DNA of 64,000 nt, from the NCBI GenBank assembly GCA_029907465.1, contig JARYLV010000003.1, forward strand, positions 71,168 to 135,167, written 5' to 3'. The translations under genes and the position numbers were made by a program. The first letter of the stretch is position 1. Every line of letters starts with the position of its first letter. Below are positions 1 through 8,969 of this stretch, piece after piece. The stretch comes from Methanomassiliicoccales archaeon. Its GTDB lineage: Archaea; Thermoplasmatota; Thermoplasmata; Methanomassiliicoccales; JACIVX01. The notes beneath the pieces were generated by a model. The model did no database searches. It had not been told where the DNA came from and worked only from the letters and a program-made list of their open reading frames with translations.

Positions 1-924
1 GCAGGTGACACCCTGCGACTCATCTTGCCATTTCTGAAAGCGTTTGGTGTAACGAATCAGAAGATGATCGAGTTTTCGAGATCGAATATTCTCCTCGTTC
101 CAGGTGCCAAACGCACGATGCGCTTTGTGAGAGAACTCATGCAGTCTTTTATTGTGAGTACGAGCTACGAACAATACGTGAGTGCGGTATGCGACGCGAT
201 AGGTTTTCCTTTCGAGAACACTTACTGCACGAGAGTCAATCTTGAATGCTGCCGTATTGACCCATGGGAAGAGAGGACTCTTAGGAATTATGCCAAAGAA
301 ATTGCGGCGATGGACATCATCGAGATCCCTGTCAACGCAAAGAGAATCGAAGACTTTAAACCAAAAGATCAAAGGACGATAAGGCGCCTTGATGAGATTT
401 TTTGGGAGGAAATGACGGATCTTTCATCCTATCAACTCATTCTTGAAGTCAACCCTGTTGGTGGGGACGAGAAGGCGGCAGCAATTCTTGATATTTGCAG
501 GCGAACTGGCATCGGGATTGAAGAGACCATGTATATCGGAGACAGCATTACCGACGTCGAGGCATTGAAAATGGTTAAGGAAGGGGGCGGGGTCGCAATT
601 TCTTTCAATGGAAATTCCTATGCCGTAAGGAGCGCTGAGATTGCTATCCTCTCCCCAGATACCGTTGTGACTTCGGTTATCGCGGAGACTTTTCACAAAG
701 GTGGAAGAGAATCGGTCATCGATCTCGTAGAAAACTGGAGCCTCGATTACATCAAAAAAGTTGGGTATGTACATGATTATTTGGTCAAAGAACTGACAAG
801 AGTTTTTCCTGACAAACTTCCAATCGTCACTAAGGTAACTCCAAAGAACGTTGGAGAAATCGCTGAGTTGAGCTCCAAATTTCGGAAAACGGTGAGGGGC
901 GAGGCAATCGGTGCACTAGGCTGA
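1..924 (+). CDS. HAD-superfamily hydrolase-like protein, 5' end probably outside the window
   Basis: The frame-1 ORF is open from nt 1, and the track start at 25 is only a TTG. The C-terminal half carries YIGDSITDVEAL, which resembles the HAD GDxxxD motif. The N-terminal DxD motif is not visible, consistent with truncation by the window edge. Confidence 0.5.
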   Translation, partial: AGDTLRLILPFLKAFGVTNQKMIEFSRSNILLVPGAKRTMRFVRELMQSFIVSTSYEQYVSAVCDAIGFPFENTYCTRVNLECCRIDPWEERTLRNYAKEIAAMDIIEIPVNAKRIEDFKPKDQRTIRRLDEIFWEEMTDLSSYQLILEVNPVGGDEKAAAILDICRRTGIGIEETMYIGDSITDVEALKMVKEGGGVAISFNGNSYAVRSAEIAILSPDTVVTSVIAETFHKGGRESVIDLVENWSLDYIKKVGYVHDYLVKELTRVFPDKLPIVTKVTPKNVGEIAELSSKFRKTVRGEAIGALG

Positions 925-1306
925 TCACTTTTTCATTTGACCTTGATTTGTGAAGGAAAAATTTCATTCCGCGGGCCGTCTCGGAATATACTCCTTAATT
1001 CGCTACGCCATTCAATATAGACACCCTCAAGAAGTTCCAGCTAATCATTTAAAATTCAACAGGTATATTAAAGAGGCGGATCTCAATGTTCTGGCGATAA
1101 ATTCATCTTCAATAAGGATACATTCTGGAATCCATATAAATTGAGCATCAGCCACTCGCTGTGTTGTGAAAAACCGACAACTCCCATTCAACCCAATGAC
1201 CTTACTAGCTCCTTGAACACCAACCATCAATGTCCCAAAAGGGCTCTTTCAGGATCCTCATCCCCTGATTCAATTATCCCATTAGCGGTGGCCAAAACAT
1301 GGGAAG

Positions 1307-1401
1307 TGCTCCGGTCGGGATTTGAACCCGAGTCTTCGGCTATCTCCCGGAATCGATCCGCCGAAAGGCCGAGATGATTGTCCGGACTACACTACCGGAG
1401 C
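1307..1401 (-). tRNA. tRNA-Glu (anticodon UUC) with a 20-nt intron at the canonical 37/38 position
   Basis: Read on the minus strand from 1401 to 1307. The acceptor stem is GCUCCGG/CCGGAGC, the T-arm is UCGGG-UUCAAAU-CCCGA, and the anticodon stem is UCGGC/GCCGA. The loop CUUUCG..A gives anticodon UUC. The intron is GCGGAUCGAUUCCGGGAGAU (plus-strand coordinates 1342-1361) and folds into a helix-bulge-helix-bulge-helix. The discriminator is A and CCA is not encoded. The mature length is 75 nt. Confidence 0.9.
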
Positions 1402-1429
1402 ACGAAGCATGCGTTCATGCAGAAATTTG

Positions 1430-1437
1430 TACTTAAA
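1430..1437 (-). promoter_or_regulatory. Candidate TATA box for tRNA-Glu
   Basis: The minus strand reads TTTAAGTA. It ends 28 nt upstream of tRNA position 1, which is typical archaeal TATA spacing. Confidence 0.4.
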
Positions 1438-1553
1438 GCTTAGCAAAAATGGGTTTCGGAAATACAGCTTAGCATCGATGAGCGAATCTACAAGATATAC
1501 AACAGACGTCATTTGATAACGCGATCAACAATAACCCTTCATTATGCGCAATA

Positions 1554-1561
1554 TTTAAATA
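1554..1561 (+). promoter_or_regulatory. Candidate TATA box for the aIF-1A/Rio1/KH operon
   Basis: TTTAAATA lies 37 nt upstream of the ATG at 1598. This predicts a short-leader transcript. Confidence 0.35.
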
Positions 1562-1597
1562 TGGATTTGGGCGGGAGTATAACATTATATAATCGTA

Positions 1598-1999
1598 ATG
1601 ATTATGTCAGCTGACATCTCAAGAAAATTGGAGTGGAGGATTCATTTGAACCGCCATAACCAAGATCTCGAGGAGGATGAAGAACTGGAAGATGAACAAA
1701 GCGAAGATGTGCTTCGATCTCCCCTCCCGAATAGGAGAGAGGGTGAAATGTTCGGCATAGCTGATCAGCTACTCGGAGCGTCGAGAATCAGGGTTATGTG
1801 CGCAGACGGAAAAGCGAGGATGGGGCGCATTCCAGGCAAAATTAGAAAAAGAATGTGGATCAGGGAAGGCGACCTGGTCATCGTCAAGCCATGGGAATTT
1901 CAGGACGATAAAGCGGATATAATCTATCGTTATACAAAAACTCAAGCTAACTACCTGAGCAGAAAGAAGATCTTGCCAAAGAACCTGGATGTTTTCTAA
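1598..1999 (+). CDS. eif1A: Translation initiation factor aIF-1A
   Basis: The S1/OB core GEMFGIADQLLGASRIRVMCADGKARMGRIPGKIRKRMWIREGDLVIVKPWEFQ..DIIYRY is characteristic of aIF-1A. There is an acidic N-terminal extension. The start is uncertain (ATG 1598 or TTG 1646). Confidence 0.9.
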   Translation: MIMSADISRKLEWRIHLNRHNQDLEEDEELEDEQSEDVLRSPLPNRREGEMFGIADQLLGASRIRVMCADGKARMGRIPGKIRKRMWIREGDLVIVKPWEFQDDKADIIYRYTKTQANYLSRKKILPKNLDVF

Positions 2000-2018
2000 T
2001 TGGCGGAGCCAAATATAT

Positions 2019-2795
2019 ATGGCAAGAAGAGACTCAATCGAATCTATCGAGAGGGAACTAGAAAGGCTTCGAGTAAAAGAAAAAGGGGTCGAAGACCGGA
2101 AGGTACTGGACCAGGTCTTCGACAGAGAAACGCTCCTTGCTATTTACAAGATGATGACGGACGGGATCATAGAAACAGTCGAGTTCCCGATTTCGACTGG
2201 CAAGGAAGGAAACGTATTTCTCTGCAAGAAAGTAGATGGTGGTTATGTCGCCCTGAAGATTTATAGGATCGTCACAGCGACATTTCGAAGGATTTCGAAG
2301 TATATTCAGGGCGATCCTCGATTCGAGGGACTTTCTGGAAATTATCGAAAGATAATTTATGCATGGGCTTCAAAAGAATTTAGAAATCTTCAACGATTCA
2401 GCGAAGCCGGTGTGAGGGTTCCGCGTCCGATCAAGTTTCATAAGAACTTGCTTGCGATGGAATACATTGGCACAGAACAAGCACCAGCACCGTTGATGAA
2501 GGACGTTACCCTCGAAAATCCAGAAGAAATATATAACCTTATCATCGACTATATGATGCTCGCCTTTCAGAAGGCAGAGCTTGTACACGGCGACTTAAGC
2601 GAATACAACGTACTCGTGCATGAAGGAAAACCGGTGATTATTGATTGCGGCCAAGCGATGGTCACTGATCATCCAAATGCACTCGATTATTTGAAGCGGG
2701 ACATCACAAATATTAACGAATATTTTAAGTCGCTTTGTGTTAAAGTTATAGATAACGATGAAGTCCTCAATATCGTTACAGGTGTGAAGAAATGA
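2019..2795 (+). CDS. rio1: RIO-type serine/threonine protein kinase (Rio1)
   Basis: STGKEGNVF is the nucleotide-binding loop and LVHGDLSEYNVL is the catalytic loop, followed by IIDCGQA. ATG 2019 is preceded by GCGGAG and gives a 258-aa protein. The track start at 1989 is an alternative. Confidence 0.88.
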   Translation: MARRDSIESIERELERLRVKEKGVEDRKVLDQVFDRETLLAIYKMMTDGIIETVEFPISTGKEGNVFLCKKVDGGYVALKIYRIVTATFRRISKYIQGDPRFEGLSGNYRKIIYAWASKEFRNLQRFSEAGVRVPRPIKFHKNLLAMEYIGTEQAPAPLMKDVTLENPEEIYNLIIDYMMLAFQKAELVHGDLSEYNVLVHEGKPVIIDCGQAMVTDHPNALDYLKRDITNINEYFKSLCVKVIDNDEVLNIVTGVKK

Positions 2796-3334
2796 AGATC
2801 GTCAGAATCCCTACTGACCGCGTCGGAGTGCTTATAGGCAGGGATGGCGAAACGAAGAAACTGCTGGAAGAGAAGACGAAAGTTCGGATGAATATCAGCT
2901 CCGATGGCGAAGTGACTCTAGATGATAGCGGAGTAGAAGACCCGCTCATGTCACTCGTTGCTGTCGACATTGTGAGGGCGATCGGTCGTGGTTTTTCTCC
3001 GGAAAGAGCCTTCCGTCTGCTCGAGGAGGACGAATACATAGAAACAATCGACATTAGAGATTTTGTCGGAAAGAAACCAAATCATGTGATCAGGATGAGG
3101 GCAAGACTGATCGGAACAAAGGGAAAGACGCGCAGGATAATCGAGGATCTCACTGGTGCTTCAATTTCCATCTACGGGAACACTGTATCAATTATCGCAA
3201 ATTCCGTTCAAATGCCGATCGCAAAGACCGCGATCGAGATGATACTGAGAGGGAGCGAGCACGCAACTGTTTACAGATATCTGGAGAGATCAAGACCTTA
3301 CTTGCGGATAGCTGAAATGGGTTTCGATTATTGA
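2792..3334 (+). CDS. KH-domain RNA-binding protein (Dim2/Pno1-like)
   Basis: The N-terminus IPTDRVGVLIGRDGETKKLLEE and the later LIGTKGKTRRIIEDLTG are two KH GxxG-type motifs. The gene has the conserved position after aIF-1A and Rio1. Its start overlaps the upstream stop by 4 nt. Confidence 0.8.
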   Translation: MKIVRIPTDRVGVLIGRDGETKKLLEEKTKVRMNISSDGEVTLDDSGVEDPLMSLVAVDIVRAIGRGFSPERAFRLLEEDEYIETIDIRDFVGKKPNHVIRMRARLIGTKGKTRRIIEDLTGASISIYGNTVSIIANSVQMPIAKTAIEMILRGSEHATVYRYLERSRPYLRIAEMGFDY

Positions 3335-3476
3335 TCACATCACCAGGAGTGCTGCAAGAGAACTTGTAATCCAGAAAGATACCATGGGAATTTCTGCGAT
3401 AGGTAGCTATGACGTGACCGAAGTCTCCAAGGCTCCTTGAAATAATATTAAAAGAGTCTTGCGATTTAGCCTTTAC

Positions 3477-4715
3477 ATGCAAGATCTCATCTCTAAGGCC
3501 GAGATTGCGTTGAAAAAAGATCTTTGCGATCATTGCCTAGGCAGGATATTCGCTCAAATTGGTACTGGGTTGACCAATAAGCAAAGGGGCGAATCGCTTC
3601 GACTTGGTGTTACGCTCAAGCGGGTTCTGCAAGGCGAGCCCTTGCCATTGCATGAAAAGTGCTGGGTCTGTGAGGGATTATTCAATTCAGTGGAAAGATT
3701 TGCGGACGCCGTTGTCGCAAAATTGTCGACTCTTGAGTATAATACATTCCTCATTGGGTCTAAGATTGACCCTGAGATTTTGGAGAGGGAGGAAAGGCTT
3801 TGGGGGGAGGTTGGCGGCGATTACGCGGAATCGATCAAGAGCGAACTGAATAGGGAGATTGGAAAAATCGTAGAGGCGAAGACAGGAAAATGTGTCGATT
3901 TCAGCCACCCTGATGTCGTAGCAGTCGTCGATACAAGGTTCGCGTCAGTCGAGCTCGAAATCGCCCCCCTATTCATTTACGGCCGTTACAGAAAGTATTC
4001 GAGGGAGATACCCCAGACCCGCTGGGTTTGCACTGTCTGCAAAGGAAGAGGGTGCAAACGCTGCAATTTCAAAGGAAAAATGTACGAAACGAGCGTCCAA
4101 GAAATCATTGGAGAACCTCTCATGAGAGCAGCGAATGGAGTTGACCATTTCTTTCATGGCATGGGGCGTGAAGACATCGATGTCAGAATGCTCGGCAACG
4201 GAAGACCCTTCGTCATCGAGATCAGGGAACCAAAGAAGAGAATGCTTGATCTAAGATCACTTGAAAAAACGATCAACGAATTAGGTAAGGGGATTGTCGA
4301 GGTCTCTGCACTCCGACCGTCTTCACGTTCCGAAGTGAAAAAAATCAAGTCCGCTACGCCCGAAAAAATTTATAGGGCAGAGATCCTCCTCAATGGCAAA
4401 GTTAATAAGGAAAAGATTAATGAGGTACTGCAAATATTCAAAAATACTCGTATCACTCAGCAAACACCAACACGGGTTGCTCACAGAAGACCGGATAAGA
4501 CAAGAGAGAAGAAGATCGTCAGCATCACTATCGAAAAAATCGACGACGATTCGATTACTCTTGTCATAAGGGCTGAGGCTGGGACATATATCAAGGAGTT
4601 TGTCCATGGTGATGGTGGACGAACTAAGCCGAGCCTTTCGGATTTGCTGGGAGTACCCTGTGAGGTGAAATCTCTTGATGTGATAGAGGTCGCTGACAAC
4701 ACTGGAGAGGAATGA
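3477..4715 (+). CDS. pus10: tRNA pseudouridine(54/55) synthase Pus10
   Basis: It has N-terminal zinc-binding CDHCLGRIF and CWVCEG motifs, a second pair CTVCKGRGCKRC, and the catalytic region GREDIDVRMLGNGRPF. The first ATG is at 3477; the track start at 3459 is a TTG. Confidence 0.85.
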   Translation: MQDLISKAEIALKKDLCDHCLGRIFAQIGTGLTNKQRGESLRLGVTLKRVLQGEPLPLHEKCWVCEGLFNSVERFADAVVAKLSTLEYNTFLIGSKIDPEILEREERLWGEVGGDYAESIKSELNREIGKIVEAKTGKCVDFSHPDVVAVVDTRFASVELEIAPLFIYGRYRKYSREIPQTRWVCTVCKGRGCKRCNFKGKMYETSVQEIIGEPLMRAANGVDHFFHGMGREDIDVRMLGNGRPFVIEIREPKKRMLDLRSLEKTINELGKGIVEVSALRPSSRSEVKKIKSATPEKIYRAEILLNGKVNKEKINEVLQIFKNTRITQQTPTRVAHRRPDKTREKKIVSITIEKIDDDSITLVIRAEAGTYIKEFVHGDGGRTKPSLSDLLGVPCEVKSLDVIEVADNTGEE

Positions 4716-4716
4716 T

Positions 4717-5010
4717 ATGGTCAAAGCGTCAAAAGGGTCGAGGTGTAAGTCAAGGAACATACTCAGGAAAAGCCCAAGAGAGAGAGGATTGTCACCGATT
4801 ACACGCGAGTTTCAGAAGTTCCAGGAAGGGGACAAAGTAAGTATTCATATTGACTCCAGTGTTCACAAAGGCGCCCCTGACATCAGATTCCACGGAAAGA
4901 CAGGCACCGTCATAGGAAGCAGAGGTCGCGCATACATTTTGCAAGTTAAAGATGGAGATAAATACAAGACAGTTATCGCGAGACCCGAACACCTGAAAAA
5001 GGCTGCGTAG
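4717..5010 (+). CDS. rpl21e: 50S ribosomal protein L21e
   Basis: The sequence is basic, 97 aa long, and contains FHGKTGTVIG..AY.L.VKDG..K..I.ARPEHLK, typical of eL21. Confidence 0.9.
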   Translation: MVKASKGSRCKSRNILRKSPRERGLSPITREFQKFQEGDKVSIHIDSSVHKGAPDIRFHGKTGTVIGSRGRAYILQVKDGDKYKTVIARPEHLKKAA

Positions 5011-5021
5011 GCGGTGTTGTC

Positions 5022-5342
5022 ATGGCCGATGAACGCTTCGTCACCCTTGCTGAAGTAGAAGAGCTTCTCATGGAGGAAAGTAAGCTGAGGGAGCTTAGCT
5101 CAGAGCAGAAGCTCGCGCTCGATCACGCAACCCGGTTGAAAAAATTGCCAGCTGACAAGGCTAAGGCCATGCAAAAGGAATTGGAACAGATCGATTTTGT
5201 TTCCCCCGCTATTGCGTGCAAACTAGTCGATATACTTCCAACCCACCCAGATGACATTCGCATTCTCTTCACAAAGGAAAGGCTTGTCCTGGAGAAGAAG
5301 CACATCGACCAAATACTCAAAGTCGTGGAGAAGTATCTCTGA
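5022..5342 (+). CDS. rpoF: DNA-directed RNA polymerase subunit F (Rpo4)
   Basis: The protein is 106 aa. The motif ACKLVDILPTHPDDIRILF matches the archaeal RpoF KLVDILP core. The gene has the conserved L21e-RpoF-DUF655-KsgA order. Confidence 0.8.
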   Translation: MADERFVTLAEVEELLMEESKLRELSSEQKLALDHATRLKKLPADKAKAMQKELEQIDFVSPAIACKLVDILPTHPDDIRILFTKERLVLEKKHIDQILKVVEKYL

Positions 5343-5350
5343 GCCCTGGG

Positions 5351-5908
5351 GTGATCTTTTTGGAAGACTACGCTCGCATACTTGACTATTTACCCCAGGG
5401 ACTTCCATCAGAGAAATCGTTCAAAAGAGAGCCGATAGCCTATGGCCTTGGGGAAACAGAGTTCAAGCTATTTGAGCTTGTGCCAAAGGCTAACGCACAA
5501 ATCATGATCGGCCAGAGAGTCTATATAGGCAAAGACATCGCTAAAAGGACTGAAATTCTCCATGTTAAAAGGAGAGTTAGCTACAGTGAACTTACAACTG
5601 CCGCCCAGAAGGAATTGCCATTCGTCATTGAAGAGATAGTCAAAGCTTATGAACAGAAATTCGTCCAGTTCTTTAATGATGCACAGGCGATCACAACAAG
5701 ATTCCACATGCTCGAATTACTTCCAGGCCTCGGCAAGAAGACGATGTGGGCAGTTCTGGAAGAGCGCAAGAAGGGTCGCTTCCAAAGCTTTGAAGATATT
5801 GCAAAGAGGATCCCGTCGATCAAACATCCAGAGAAGCTTATTGCGAAGAGAATCGAAATAGAGCTATCTGATCCAGCGCAGAAATACCACATTTTTGTAG
5901 CAAAATGA
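5351..5908 (+). CDS. DUF655-family protein (OB plus helix-hairpin-helix, putative RNA-binding)
   Basis: The N-terminus EDYARILDYLPQG and the later LELLPGLGKKTMWAVLEER (HhH-like) support the call. The gene has the conserved position upstream of ksgA. It uses a GTG start. Confidence 0.7.
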   Translation: MIFLEDYARILDYLPQGLPSEKSFKREPIAYGLGETEFKLFELVPKANAQIMIGQRVYIGKDIAKRTEILHVKRRVSYSELTTAAQKELPFVIEEIVKAYEQKFVQFFNDAQAITTRFHMLELLPGLGKKTMWAVLEERKKGRFQSFEDIAKRIPSIKHPEKLIAKRIEIELSDPAQKYHIFVAK

Positions 5909-5915
5909 TGTCAAT

Positions 5916-6728
5916 ATGAGGATATCAGAGATCCTTGAGATAACTAGGAAATATGGCGTAACCCCCCGGAAGCGCAAGGGACAAAACTTTCTAGTTGATG
6001 AGAGAGTTGCAAACAGGGAAATCGAGTACGCTCAAATCACCAGAGAGGATACCGTTCTCGAGATTGGGCCTGGGCTGGGAATCCTCACGTCCAGACTGGT
6101 AGAAAGAGCGGGGCGAGTGGTCGCAATTGAGTATGATCGTGGGCTCGCCAAATATATCCGAGAACGTTTCGGGACGAAACTGGAATTGATTGAAGGGGAC
6201 GCCCTCGTGATCCCTTTTCCCCCTTTTGATAAGATTGTATCGAATATTCCTTACAATATATCCTCCCCGCTGATTTTTAAGATACTTGAACATCGATTCA
6301 AACTCGCAGTCATCATGATACAGAAGGAGTTCGCAGAGCGAATGGTCGCCCGACCTGGAGATAAAAGGTATTCAAGACTTTCAGTTGGTACTTATTACCG
6401 AGCTGATTGCGAGCTTCTCGAGTTCGTTCCCAGATCGAGATTCTGGCCAGCCCCCGAAGTCGATTCGATGATTATCTGTCTAGTGCCCCGCGACCCCCCA
6501 TTCAGAGTGAAAGATGAGAAAGCGTTTTTTGAGCTCGTTGACCTTCTTTTCAAGTATAGACGAAAAAAGATCGGAACGGTGCTGAGAATGAGTGGGATCG
6601 ACGCGAAAGCAATTGAACACCTTCCATATACAGATCGCAGAGTCGATACCCTTGCTCCACATGAAATCGGAGTCCTTTCTGATCTAATCTCCACTTCTAC
6701 TTCCTCAAATAAGGAAAGCGCTCAATAA
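5916..6728 (+). CDS. ksgA: 16S rRNA (adenine-N6,N6)-dimethyltransferase KsgA/Dim1
   Basis: The motifs are KRKGQNFLVD, EIGPGLGILT (SAM-binding) and SNIPYNISSP. Confidence 0.9.
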   Translation: MRISEILEITRKYGVTPRKRKGQNFLVDERVANREIEYAQITREDTVLEIGPGLGILTSRLVERAGRVVAIEYDRGLAKYIRERFGTKLELIEGDALVIPFPPFDKIVSNIPYNISSPLIFKILEHRFKLAVIMIQKEFAERMVARPGDKRYSRLSVGTYYRADCELLEFVPRSRFWPAPEVDSMIICLVPRDPPFRVKDEKAFFELVDLLFKYRRKKIGTVLRMSGIDAKAIEHLPYTDRRVDTLAPHEIGVLSDLISTSTSSNKESAQ

Positions 6729-7767
6729 TCGCTCTTACAAGTCTTTCTGGCCCCTCTAAGAAAACATCGACAGCCGGGATCCCGAATGTCGTTTCGAGTT
6801 TCCTGCAAACGTCCTTAATTTCATTGATCGATAGACCCTCATGATTAATACCAAGCCCGATGACTGGTGCGTTAGAATATGCTTCGTAAAGGGAAATTTC
6901 TCGCTGCAGATCTGGCATCGGGAGCTTCAGCTCGGGGTCATAAGTCCTAAATTTTCTGCCCGGGGCATGCTGGAGGATGATTGCATCTGGCCTCGTTGCA
7001 GAGATAATCGCACGTGTCCCGCAGACATAAACTGGATGTGTCAAAGAACCTTGCCCCTCTACAACAATGACATCCGGCTTTTCATTCAGCCAGGCCTGAT
7101 AAATCGCATGCTCGAGCTCTCCGACCATGTAGTCGCCCTGGATTGCATCGAGAGGGACGCCGTACCTAGCTCCCTGGAGTAACCCTGTTTGACCGGTCGC
7201 AACGAATTCCGATTTAATGCCGAGTCGATTAAGTCCTTCAGTAATTTCAATCGCTGTCGTTCTCTTTCCGATCGCCGCATCAGTACCGAGAACGGGAATC
7301 TTCACCGCATCAATTTTACTCGCAAGATTCCTGTATTTATGCAGCTGATTAAGTGGTGGCTCCTTTCTTATGTCCACGATCGATGCACCGCTCCGTTTCG
7401 CGATTTCGAGAAATTCCCTGTCCTCTGCGAGGAATTCATGAAGACCGGAAATCACGCTGATGCCGTTCTCCAACGCTTCCTTAATTGTCTGTCTGTATTC
7501 AATGGGGAGCATGCCACCAATTGTAGCTACGCCAATGATAAGGTAGTCTGGCTTCGAAGGGCATCGCTTGAGGGCCTCTGAAAAGGATGAGAAAACGGGA
7601 ATGCCTCTTTTGATGCCGTCGACCACTTCTCCTGCGTCTTTGCCAGCATTCATGCTGTCGATGACGCCGAGAATCCGATATTTCTTCGAATATCTGACCA
7701 GCCCTCTCGCTGTCTTACCCGCTGTCATTCCGAGCTTGCCTTCGCAGAGCACAATTGCATCGTTCAT
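6697..7767 (-). CDS. DUF1611-family protein (COG3367)
   Basis: The P-loop-like GTDAAIGKRTTAIE motif and the overall 356-aa architecture are typical of DUF1611. The gene converges on ksgA with a 32-nt overlap. Confidence 0.65.
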   Translation of the reverse strand: MNDAIVLCEGKLGMTAGKTARGLVRYSKKYRILGVIDSMNAGKDAGEVVDGIKRGIPVFSSFSEALKRCPSKPDYLIIGVATIGGMLPIEYRQTIKEALENGISVISGLHEFLAEDREFLEIAKRSGASIVDIRKEPPLNQLHKYRNLASKIDAVKIPVLGTDAAIGKRTTAIEITEGLNRLGIKSEFVATGQTGLLQGARYGVPLDAIQGDYMVGELEHAIYQAWLNEKPDVIVVEGQGSLTHPVYVCGTRAIISATRPDAIILQHAPGRKFRTYDPELKLPMPDLQREISLYEAYSNAPVIGLGINHEGLSINEIKDVCRKLETTFGIPAVDVFLEGPERLVRAIIERFPYLRK

Positions 7768-7939
7768 CGATTCTCATGTAAACTCATCGAACCGCAAAAA
7801 GATTGCCCGACACTGATCCACCTATTCCACCTATCGAACTAGGCGTAATCTCATTATGGCGTCCCAAAAATAATCCTTTAATAGCTTCTTAAATTTTGAT
7901 GCACCAAGACTATCAAATCGAAGGGTAATATGAATAAGG

Positions 7940-8617
7940 ATGAGAGGCATCGAGGTAAAAACAGGAGGTTTCCCCTTGATTTACGACGAGATCGCGAAAG
8001 CAATGGTTGAAGGCGATGGCAATAAAGTAGTGAATTTGGTAGATGTCGCACTCAATAAAGAAAACAAACCACCTTCCGAGATCATCAAGAACGGACTCGC
8101 ACGCGGAATGGATATTCTCGGTCGATTGTATGAATCGGGAGAAAGGTATCTCGTTGATCTCATTGTTGCCTCTGACTCGTTCAGGAGATCCCTAGAAATC
8201 CTACGGCCGCGTTTGATTGAATCAGGATCCAGTGAAAAGCTCCGTGGCGTCGTGATTTTAGGCACCGTTGAGGGCGATATCCATGAGATCGGAAAGAAAC
8301 TTGTTGGTATAGCTCTTGAAGTCGCGGGATTCAGGGTCATCGATTTAGGGCCAGATGTCCCCCCAGATCGCTTTTCCAATGAGGCGAAAAATCTTAGGGC
8401 CGATATTCTCGGAATGTCATCTCTCATTACCACAACAATGATCAATGCAAAGCGTACGATCGACAAGCTAGTCGAAGATGGAATTCGTGGTAACATCAAG
8501 ATCATGGTCGGTGGTGCCCCGGTAGACGAATCCTTTGTCAGGATGATCGGCGGGGATGCGTATGGAAAAGATGCTTTTGAGGCTGCTGCAGTCGCAAAGA
8601 AGATTATCTGTTCTTAG
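7940..8617 (+). CDS. Methyltransferase-cognate corrinoid (B12-binding) protein, MtaC/MtbC/MttC-like
   Basis: An N-terminal helical cap domain is followed by a Rossmann-like B12-binding domain. The DxHxxG motif is present as GDIHEIGKKLV. An alternative start is TTG 7976, preceded by AGGAGG at 7963-7968. Confidence 0.8.
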   Translation: MRGIEVKTGGFPLIYDEIAKAMVEGDGNKVVNLVDVALNKENKPPSEIIKNGLARGMDILGRLYESGERYLVDLIVASDSFRRSLEILRPRLIESGSSEKLRGVVILGTVEGDIHEIGKKLVGIALEVAGFRVIDLGPDVPPDRFSNEAKNLRADILGMSSLITTTMINAKRTIDKLVEDGIRGNIKIMVGGAPVDESFVRMIGGDAYGKDAFEAAAVAKKIICS

Positions 8618-8969
8618 AGAGATAACTCATAACGCTGAAAGATACTCGAAACGCTGTTCGCAAGACCGACATTATGCAATTAATCAAACGCCCTCACGTC
8701 AGGCTATGGTCATCCCATCGGACGCCGCTAATTAAATTCCATCCTACACGACCCAAGAATTATGTCAAACGGATGTCTGAGAATTTTCAGTATCATTTTA
8801 ACACTCCACCAACGGGATATTTGGAATTTGATATATTCAAGATGGATAGAATTTATCTCAGGCATAATGCAACCATTAAAGAAACAACGGACGGGATGAG
8901 CGCAATCTCCCGCTAGAAAAATATAAATGATCATGACCATCATTTATCAACAGAGAAAGGAGGATTGGA

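Noticed and set aside
925-1306. A gap of about 380 nt with no assigned feature lies between the HAD-like gene and tRNA-Glu. It was considered for a structured RNA or an integrated-element remnant next to the tRNA.
   Set aside because: I could find no extended complementary stems, no repeat of the tRNA 3' end, and no integrase fragment. The short ORFs there (950-1144, 1045-1230, 1141-1377) have implausible composition.
2000-2266. An 88-aa Arg-rich ORF lies in an alternative frame of the Rio1 gene.
   Set aside because: It lies entirely within a well-supported kinase gene on the same strand. Its basic low-complexity translation is typical of an out-of-frame reading.
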